Of a DNA stretch of 64,000 bases, positions 57,914 through 64,000 are shown piece by piece (the first letter of the stretch is position 1; every line of letters begins with the position of its first letter). The position numbers were made by a program, and so were the translations under genes. Origin of the DNA: an uncultured Bacilli bacterium (lineage in GTDB: Bacteria; Bacillota_I; Bacilli_A; RF39; UBA660); the NCBI GenBank assembly GCA_944363735.1, contig CALVVB010000001.1:3524-67523 (forward strand), read 5' to 3'. The notes beneath the pieces were generated by a model. That model saw only the letters and a program-made list of their open reading frames with translations, was not told where the DNA came from and made no database searches.

Positions 57914-59183
57914 AGTTATCATAGGACTAATCATGTCATTATCTATGTTCGTAATGGTTAAAAATTTGATTAATAATAACTATAGATATTTTAATATTAA
58001 AAGTTTAACTGCAATAATAATAGTTTCCATACCAGCATCTCTATTCTATAGTTCTGAATATAATGGTACTATGACTATCATAACATTTTTAATAGCAGTT
58101 ATGGTTTATAAAAAAATTTTTACAATAAGACTTTCAACTTCAATTTTAGCTATGAGTATTGCAATAGCATTAATCGCATTAGTAGATTTTATTGTCATAC
58201 CAATATCAATTAGTATAGGTTATGAAAGTACAAGAGATGTTTGGTATATTAGTATTTTAAGCAATATAATTGTATTTATTTTTTCTGTACTATTATCAAA
58301 AATAAAAATATTAAAAAACAAGTTTCAAACATTCTGCTTAAAAATAGACGATAATAGCCTTGTTTCAGTTATTTTTTTTGCTATAGTGAGTTTTTACATA
58401 ATAATAATTTCATTTTTTAATCTTTCAAATCATTTGACTTCAGTTCCAACTTATGCTATCACAGCTATAATTATTATTATGTTAATAGTACTATATTATT
58501 TATATGTAAAGGAATGTAATAACTATGTTAATTTAAGCCAAGAATACAATACTATATTTAAATATATTCAAACATTTGAAGAATGGATTGACAATGAACA
58601 AATGTATAGACATGAATTAAAAAATAATTTATCTATAATAAGGAGTATGACAGAAGATAAAAATATTATAAATAAAATAGATGATATGCTGAGTTTTAGT
58701 ATTGTTTTAGATGAAAACGATATAGAAAGTTTAAAAGAAATTCCTAAAGGTGGACTAAAAGGATTAATTTACTATAAAATTGCTTTAGCCAAAAATAATA
58801 ATATAAATTTAATTATAGAAGTCAGTCCTAAAGTAACAAATAAACTAAATAAAATTAAAGATAAAGATTTAAAACAAATTTGTATAATATTAGGAATATA
58901 TATAGATAATGCTATGGAAGCTGCTATGAAAACAAAAAAGAAAAATGTAACTTTAGAAATATATGAAAATAATAATCAGCTTACATTCGTAATATCAAAT
59001 ACTTATAAGGAATTAATATCTATAGATAAAATGAGATTTGATGGTTATACAACAAAAGGAGAAGGTCATGGAAGAGGACTATATTATGTAAATAAATTAC
59101 TTGCAAAATCTAAAAATCTATATTCTCAACAAATGTTCTTAAATAAATATTTTATTCAGAAATTATATGTTAAAAATATTTAA
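57891..59183 (+). CDS. agrC: AgrC-like (HPK10) sensor histidine kinase
   Basis: Six or seven N-terminal TM segments, H-box YRHELKNNL, G-box KGEGHGRGLYYV. Overlaps the regulator gene. Confidence 0.8.
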   Translation: MIMLPIGKVIIGLIMSLSMFVMVKNLINNNYRYFNIKSLTAIIIVSIPASLFYSSEYNGTMTIITFLIAVMVYKKIFTIRLSTSILAMSIAIALIALVDFIVIPISISIGYESTRDVWYISILSNIIVFIFSVLLSKIKILKNKFQTFCLKIDDNSLVSVIFFAIVSFYIIIISFFNLSNHLTSVPTYAITAIIIIMLIVLYYLYVKECNNYVNLSQEYNTIFKYIQTFEEWIDNEQMYRHELKNNLSIIRSMTEDKNIINKIDDMLSFSIVLDENDIESLKEIPKGGLKGLIYYKIALAKNNNINLIIEVSPKVTNKLNKIKDKDLKQICIILGIYIDNAMEAAMKTKKKNVTLEIYENNNQLTFVISNTYKELISIDKMRFDGYTTKGEGHGRGLYYVNKLLAKSKNLYSQQMFLNKYFIQKLYVKNI

Positions 59184-59215
59184 AAAGTGTTTACCATAAA
59201 TGGCAAACACTTTTT
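59182..59215. terminator. Bidirectional terminator between agrC and agrD
   Basis: AAAAAGTGTTTACCA-taaa-TGGCAAACACTTTTT forms a 15-nt stem with one mismatch and has A/T runs on both sides. Confidence 0.8.
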
Positions 59216-59222
59216 AAATTAA

Positions 59223-59342
59223 TTAATCCATATTTTTTAAAGCTTTTGGTTCTTCTACAATAAATAAAACACAACCAACACTTGCACTAGCAGTAACTAA
59301 CATAGCAACAGCAGCTAGTACTTTAGCCATTCTTTTTTTCAT
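59223..59342 (-). CDS. agrD: AgrD-like autoinducing peptide precursor (39 aa)
   Basis: Not in the ORF track. Sequence is MKKRMAKVLAAVAMLVTASASVGCVLFIVEEPKALKNMD: a hydrophobic leader, a Cys plus 4 residues, then an EEPKxL tail. Lies 48 nt downstream of agrB and is preceded by AAAGGAA. Confidence 0.75.
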   Translation of the reverse strand: MKKRMAKVLAAVAMLVTASASVGCVLFIVEEPKALKNMD

Positions 59343-59390
59343 TTCCTTTTCATTCCTTTCTATACTACTATTTATTTAAACATAAAATGT

Positions 59391-59984
59391 TTAAACCTTT
59401 TTATAATTTCTATATGGCTCTTTAAATATTAAATACATAATAGGAGATATTAATATAGTTTCAATAAGTAAAGCTGCCATCAGCAAATTACTAATTTCAT
59501 TACCATTAAATACTATAATAATCAGACTATATATAATCGATAAACTACAAGCACATATTTTCCTAATCAACCTTTTTCTTCCATTAGTTAAAGGTCTTTT
59601 CCAAGTATCTGCAGGAGCACAAATCATAAATGTAATTATTGAGACTACACATAGAATAGTCTTTATAATAAGGCCTGTTTCAACAGTAGTAAATAAGTAT
59701 GGTATTCCTATAATCAAGATTGTACTTGAAATTAAACAAACTATAGACTTACTTGCATGGAATCCAAAACCAGGAAATCTTATGATGTTGAAGAATATTA
59801 ATGTAATAATAAATTCCTTCATAAAACCAAGAAGTAAAGCTATAAGAAAAATAATAATAAGTTTTGTTAAGGTCATGTACAATCCTTCTAAACCATAAGC
59901 TAGTCTTTCCTTATCATCTTGGTTTAATTCCTTTTGATTACTAGCAATAAAATTCATAGTATAATTTAAAAATACTTCTTTCAT
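59391..59984 (-). CDS. agrB: AgrB-family AIP-processing membrane peptidase
   Basis: 197 aa and polytopic. GFGFHASKSIVC places His76 and Cys83 at the spacing of the S. aureus AgrB catalytic residues His77 and Cys84. RBS is GGAGG. Confidence 0.82.
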   Translation of the reverse strand: MKEVFLNYTMNFIASNQKELNQDDKERLAYGLEGLYMTLTKLIIIFLIALLLGFMKEFIITLIFFNIIRFPGFGFHASKSIVCLISSTILIIGIPYLFTTVETGLIIKTILCVVSIITFMICAPADTWKRPLTNGRKRLIRKICACSLSIIYSLIIIVFNGNEISNLLMAALLIETILISPIMYLIFKEPYRNYKKV

Positions 59985-60044
59985 ACCAACCTCCTATGCT
60001 ATGATCATTTTACATCTATATTTAGAAAAAATAATAAAAATTCC

Positions 60045-60074
60045 ATTAAAAGAAATACGATTACTATTAACTGT
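60045..60074 (-). promoter_or_regulatory. Candidate LytTR (AgrA) direct-repeat site upstream of agrB
   Basis: The minus strand reads ACAGTTAAT-(12 nt)-TCTTTTAAT. About 32 nt downstream lies TGTAAAAT (extended -10, 60014-60007), and the agrB RBS follows about 13 nt after that. Confidence 0.4.
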
Positions 60075-60161
60075 ATTTTCGACATTTTTCTTTATGAAAA
60101 AAACAGAAAGAGGTATGAAAATGACATTTAGCGGAAAATATAACATTAATCAAAACAACGT

Positions 60162-60170
60162 TGTTATAAT
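60162..60170 (+). promoter_or_regulatory. Extended -10 element (TGTTATAAT), likely csp promoter
   Basis: TGnTATAAT lies about 65 nt upstream of the csp start. I see no good -35. Confidence 0.45.
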
Positions 60171-60234
60171 TAATACACATCAGTTGAAAAGCAGCTTCAG
60201 TTAAGAAGGGATAAAAGATGTGGAGGTGAGCCTA

Positions 60235-60453
60235 GTGATTGGAAGAGTAAAATGGTTCAATAATGAAAAAGGCTATGGCTTTATTGAATACAAAGATAAT
60301 GAAGATATTTTTGTTCATTATTCAACTATTAATTGTGATGGTTATAAAACTTTGTCTGAAGGCCAATATGTAGAATTTACATTACTTGAAACTAGTAAAG
60401 GATATCAAGCAGTTGATGTAACACCAATAAAAGAACCAGCTTTAGCAAAATAG
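60235..60453 (+). CDS. csp: Cold-shock domain protein (CspA family)
   Basis: GGAGGTGA precedes the GTG at 60235. Has RNP1 KGYGFI and RNP2 IFVHY. Confidence 0.9.
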   Translation: MIGRVKWFNNEKGYGFIEYKDNEDIFVHYSTINCDGYKTLSEGQYVEFTLLETSKGYQAVDVTPIKEPALAK

Positions 60454-60504
60454 TTGGTTTTTTTGCTCCTTTTGTGTTATATTAATATTAAGGAAGGTGA
60501 TAAT

Positions 60505-61032
60505 ATGGAAATAATTATTCGTGGTGACAAAATTGAAGTAACTGCTGCTATGAAAGACTACATTAATGAGAAATTAAAAAGACTAGAGAAATATCTAGAA
60601 AATAGCGATAGTGTACGTGCTAACGTAGTAGTAAAAGTTAAAGGACATATGCAAACTGTCGAAATTACTATTCCACTTCACAATTTTATTATTAGGTCTG
60701 AAGAGACTCAAGATGATTTCTATGCATCAGTTGATAAAGCTATAGATGTTATAGAACGTCAAATAAGAAAGAACAAAACTAAGATTAAAGCTAAAGAAGC
60801 TAAAACTAGAATTGACTTTAGTATCATAGATATTGAAGAAGAAGAGTATGAAGAAAATAATATTGTTAAACATAAGAAAATAGAAGTAAAACCAATGGAT
60901 GAAGAAGAAGCTATTCTTCAATTAGAATTACTAGGTCATGAATTCTATTTATTTAAAAATATCGACACTGATAAAGAAGCCGTGATTTATAAAAGAAAAA
61001 ATGGTGGCTATGGTATAATAGAAGCTGAATAA
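60505..61032 (+). CDS. hpf: Ribosome hibernation promoting factor (long HPF/YvyD)
   Basis: AAGGAAGGTGA precedes the ATG at 60505. MEIIIRGDKIEVTAAMKDYINEKL plus a C-terminal dimerisation domain. The tracked start at 60454 is an extension. Confidence 0.9.
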   Translation: MEIIIRGDKIEVTAAMKDYINEKLKRLEKYLENSDSVRANVVVKVKGHMQTVEITIPLHNFIIRSEETQDDFYASVDKAIDVIERQIRKNKTKIKAKEAKTRIDFSIIDIEEEEYEENNIVKHKKIEVKPMDEEEAILQLELLGHEFYLFKNIDTDKEAVIYKRKNGGYGIIEAE

Positions 61033-61046
61033 ACTCTAAAAATAAG

Positions 61047-61074
61047 GAATGATATAAAAATATCATTCTTTTTT
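61047..61074 (+). terminator. Rho-independent terminator after hpf
   Basis: GAATGATA-taaaaa-TATCATTC followed by T6. Confidence 0.7.
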
Positions 61075-61146
61075 GATAAAATGACTCTAAAACCTTTTTA
61101 TTATCTTAATTTTTTGATAAAATACATATGCAAGGAGATGTTTATA

Positions 61147-63639
61147 ATGGTATTATTTAGAAAACTATTTGATCATGAATATAAAGAATTAAAAAAATTT
61201 ACAGAAAAAGCTGATAAAATAGTTGCACTTGATGAAGAGATTAGTAAATTAAGTGATGAAGAGTTAAAAAATAAAACAGAAGAGTTTAAAGAAAGATTAT
61301 CTAAAGGTGAAACGCTAGAGGATATCTTAATAGAAGCTTTTGCAATTGCAAGAGAAGCAGCATATCGTGTTATCGGAGAAAAGCCTTTCTATGTTCAAGT
61401 ATTAGGAGCCTTAGCAATCCACTATGGTAATATAGCAGAGATGAAAACTGGTGAAGGTAAAACCTTAACTTGTGTATTACCTGCCTATCTTAATGCTCTA
61501 GAAGGGAAAGGAGTTCATATTATTACAGTTAACGAATATCTTGCAACTCGTGATGCTGACTGGATGGGAGGAATACATCGTTTTCTTGGTTTAACTGTAG
61601 GAGTTAATACAAGAGATATGTCGCCAAAAGAAAAACAAGAGGCTTATAACTGTGATATTCTATACTCGACTAATAATGAGATAGGTTTTGATTACTTAAG
61701 AGATAATATGGTAATTAGAAAAGAAAATAGAGTACAACGCCCTTTAAATTTTGCTATTGTCGATGAGGTTGACTCTATTCTAATAGATGAAGCAAGAACT
61801 CCATTAATCATATCAGGAGGAGCGCAACATAGTGCAAACCTATATATGGATGCTGATAAATTTGCTAAATCTCTTAAAGAAGAGACTGATTATATCTGTG
61901 ATGAAACAGGAAAAAGTACAATCAGCGTATCACTAACTGATGAAGGTAGCGCTAAAGCAGAAAAGATGTTCAAAGTTAAAAACCTATATGAAATAGAAAA
62001 TGCAACTTTACTACATTATATTAATCAAGCCCTACGTGCTAACTATGCTATGAAAAAAGATGTAGATTATGTTGTCCAAGATGATGAAATTGTAATAGTA
62101 GATCAATTTACAGGACGTTTAATGAAAGGAAGAGCTTATAGTGATGGACTACATCAAGCAATAGAAGCAAAAGAGGGAGTTAAGATAAATCAAGAAACTA
62201 AAACTCTTGCCACTATCACATTCCAAAACTTATTTAGAATGTATAAAAAATTATCAGGTATGACTGGTACTGCTAAAACAGAAGAAGAAGAATTTAGAGA
62301 TATCTATAATATGTATGTTATAGAAATACCTACTAATAAACCAGTTATAAGAGTTGATGCTCCAGACCTAGTATTTGCAACAAGAAGTGCTAAATATAAA
62401 GCTATTATTAATGAAGTTAAGAGTCGTTATGATAAAGGACAACCTGTCTTAATCGGTACCATCGCTATTGAAACTAGTGAATTAATTAGTGACTTATTAA
62501 AGAAGGCTCATATACCTCATGAAATATTAAATGCTAAAAACCATGCTCGTGAAGCAGAGATTATTTCTAAAATTGGTGAACATCGTTCTGTTACAATTGC
62601 AACTAACATGGCAGGACGTGGTACCGATATCAAACTATCAGATGAAATAAGAGAACTTGGAGGACTTTGTGTAATTGGTACAGAGCGTCATGAATCACGT
62701 CGTATTGATAATCAGTTAAGAGGTCGTTCTGGACGTCAAGGAGATCCTGGTTATACCCAATTTTTCGTTTCTATGGAAGACGATTTAATGATCAGATTTG
62801 GTAGTGATAGAATCAGAGAAATGATGAAAACCTTTGGTTTTGGAGATCAAGCTATTCAAAGTAAGACATTTACAAAAGCAATAGGAACAGCTCAAAAACG
62901 TGTGGAAGGTAATAACTTTGATGCTAGAAAGCATTTACTACAATATGATGATGTTATGAATACCCAAAGAGAGATTATGTATGGTAAACGTAATGACATA
63001 TTAGATAGTGAATCAATTCATGAAACAGTAGTAAACTCTCTTCACAATCATGTCACAGATTTAGTTAAATCAAGAAATATAGACAATAATATAACAGACG
63101 AAGAACTACAAAGTATTACAGACTTTGCTAATGAAAATTTACTAAAGAATGATATAAAGAAAGTGGATTTAGAAAATAAAGATGCAGATAATATCATAGA
63201 ATATCTTTATGAAAAAGCTAAAGATGAATATGAAGTCAAAATTAAGGAAGTTCCAGTAGAAATTAGTAATGAGTTTGAAAAAGCTTTATCATTACAAATT
63301 ATTGATAATTACTGGATGGAACAAATTAATATAATGAGTCACCTAAGAGAAGGTATTTATCTTCGCCAATATGGACAAGATGATCCATTAAGAGCATATA
63401 CTGCAGAAGGGTATCAATTATTTGATGACATGCTTCAAAAAATAGATAGAGATATTACGGTATTCTTACTTAAAGCTGAAATAAGACAAAATATAGAAAG
63501 AAAAGAAGTAGCTAAAAACCAACAGACTAATGATGTTAAAGATACAAAGAAAAAACCTAAAAAAGTAAAAAAAGTAGGTAGAAACGATCCATGTCCATGT
63601 GGGAGTGGTAAGAAATATAAACAATGCTGTGGTAAATAG
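61147..63639 (+). CDS. secA: Preprotein translocase ATPase SecA
   Basis: AAGGAG precedes the ATG at 61147. Has MKTGEGKTL, a DEAD-like VDEVDSILIDEARTPLIISG, and a C-terminal Zn motif CPCGSGKKYKQCCG. Confidence 0.95.
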   Translation: MVLFRKLFDHEYKELKKFTEKADKIVALDEEISKLSDEELKNKTEEFKERLSKGETLEDILIEAFAIAREAAYRVIGEKPFYVQVLGALAIHYGNIAEMKTGEGKTLTCVLPAYLNALEGKGVHIITVNEYLATRDADWMGGIHRFLGLTVGVNTRDMSPKEKQEAYNCDILYSTNNEIGFDYLRDNMVIRKENRVQRPLNFAIVDEVDSILIDEARTPLIISGGAQHSANLYMDADKFAKSLKEETDYICDETGKSTISVSLTDEGSAKAEKMFKVKNLYEIENATLLHYINQALRANYAMKKDVDYVVQDDEIVIVDQFTGRLMKGRAYSDGLHQAIEAKEGVKINQETKTLATITFQNLFRMYKKLSGMTGTAKTEEEEFRDIYNMYVIEIPTNKPVIRVDAPDLVFATRSAKYKAIINEVKSRYDKGQPVLIGTIAIETSELISDLLKKAHIPHEILNAKNHAREAEIISKIGEHRSVTIATNMAGRGTDIKLSDEIRELGGLCVIGTERHESRRIDNQLRGRSGRQGDPGYTQFFVSMEDDLMIRFGSDRIREMMKTFGFGDQAIQSKTFTKAIGTAQKRVEGNNFDARKHLLQYDDVMNTQREIMYGKRNDILDSESIHETVVNSLHNHVTDLVKSRNIDNNITDEELQSITDFANENLLKNDIKKVDLENKDADNIIEYLYEKAKDEYEVKIKEVPVEISNEFEKALSLQIIDNYWMEQINIMSHLREGIYLRQYGQDDPLRAYTAEGYQLFDDMLQKIDRDITVFLLKAEIRQNIERKEVAKNQQTNDVKDTKKKPKKVKKVGRNDPCPCGSGKKYKQCCGK

Positions 63640-63663
63640 ATTATAAAAAAGGAAGATATTTTT

Positions 63664-63700
63664 AAGAAAAAGTTAGCAAATGAATGCTAACTTTTTTCTT
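63664..63700. terminator. Bidirectional terminator between secA and the convergent ORF
   Basis: AAGAAAAAGTTAGCA-aatgaa-TGCTAACTTTTTTCTT forms a 15-bp stem with one bulge. Confidence 0.8.
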
Positions 63701-63736
63701 AACCAAATTTAATATAAAGTAATAACTAACTTTATG

Positions 63737-64000
63737 TTACAAAATTTGCTTTATTCTATAGAGGACATCATTAGATCTATTATGAAGAGTCTCTACTAGC
63801 TGACCAACTTGCAATTTTTTTGCTTTAAAAGTATCTTTATCCATATAAACAGTATTTACCATAAATTCTTTTCCAGGTTTATTGAAACTATCATAACTAA
63901 ATATTAACTTAATTTCAAATCTATTAGTATCTTCTTTTATTCCATATATATAACTAGTTCCCACTAAAAAATTATTATTATCATTATATATATAAAAGTT
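63737..64000 (-). CDS. Hypothetical protein, C-terminal part (frame open to window end)
   Basis: The tracked ORF starts at a GTG at 63964, but the same frame has no stop up to 64000 (..NFYIYNDNNNFL..), so the gene probably starts outside the window. Confidence 0.4.
   Translation of the reverse strand, partial: NFYIYNDNNNFLVGTSYIYGIKEDTNRFEIKLIFSYDSFNKPGKEFMVNTVYMDKDTFKAKKLQVGQLVETLHNRSNDVLYRIKQIL

Noticed and set aside
60001-60204. 67-aa tracked ORF in the agrB-csp spacer.
   Set aside because: The full-length ORF starts inside the agrB promoter/RBS region with no RBS of its own. Only the 3' 27-aa portion (60121-60204) has a plausible RBS, and that is reported as a low-confidence observation.
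1-64000. Searched for rRNA, tRNA, CRISPR arrays, long tandem repeats and signs of genetic code 4 (Mollicutes-like), given the very low GC content.
   Set aside because: I saw no cloverleaf-like GC-rich islands, no regularly spaced direct repeats and no rRNA-like segments. TGA terminates well-supported genes (prfA, ABC subunit 1, the Sel1 protein), so the standard code 11 applies. Acidic GAA/GAT repeats at 39600-39780 are simply the RpoE tail coding sequence.

Overview
This is an AT-rich window (well under 35% GC by eye) covering the chromosomal replication-origin region of a low-GC, apparently spore-forming Bacillota genome. Synteny is Bacillus-like and the genetic code is standard, since TGA terminates several well-supported genes. 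The lineage guess (Bacilli or Erysipelotrichia-like) is inference only.

On the minus strand lie gyrB (partial), recF, a ComK homolog, dnaN and dnaA. DnaA-box clusters sit on both sides of dnaA, giving a bipartite oriC. An apparently intact IS3-family element (5947-7457) lies 46 bp from the outermost perfect DnaA box. It has imperfect 26-bp inverted repeats, a TTA flank duplication, an A-AAA-AAA -1 frameshift site and an extra passenger ORF.

The plus strand then carries these blocks, in order:
- rpmH-rnpA-yidC-jag-[orphan]-mnmE-[orphan]-mnmG-rsmG-noc-parA-parB-mscS-DUF951-abgT-ychF.
- An ISL3 transposase scar with orphan membrane ORFs.
- rpsF-ssb-rpsR-DHH-rplI-dnaB-M23 peptidase-yycJ-rlmH-ung.
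- A minus-strand block of PBP1-gerQ-orphan-lemA.
- DUF1934-[DUF1016 pseudogene]-Sel1-argS-rpoE.
- A heterodimeric ABC exporter plus an MFS transporter.
- prfA-prmC-spoIIR-mntP, then fba-murA-SGNH, then rpmE-orphan-rpiB-DUF1146-SpoIIQ-like-mreB-tagO.
- A convergent agr-type quorum-sensing cassette made of a LytTR regulator, an AgrC-like kinase, a 39-aa AgrD missed by the ORF track, and AgrB.
- csp-hpf-secA.

I saw no rRNA, tRNA or CRISPR array. I did not find a clear-cut novel multi-gene system. The most interesting items are the agr cassette with its predicted CVLFI thiolactone peptide, the IS3 element with passenger ORF inside the origin spacer, ComK embedded in the dnaN-recF cluster, and a Noc ortholog carrying a roughly 230-aa low-complexity insertion. 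All coordinates were counted by hand and small RNA/DNA features may be off by 1-2 nt.
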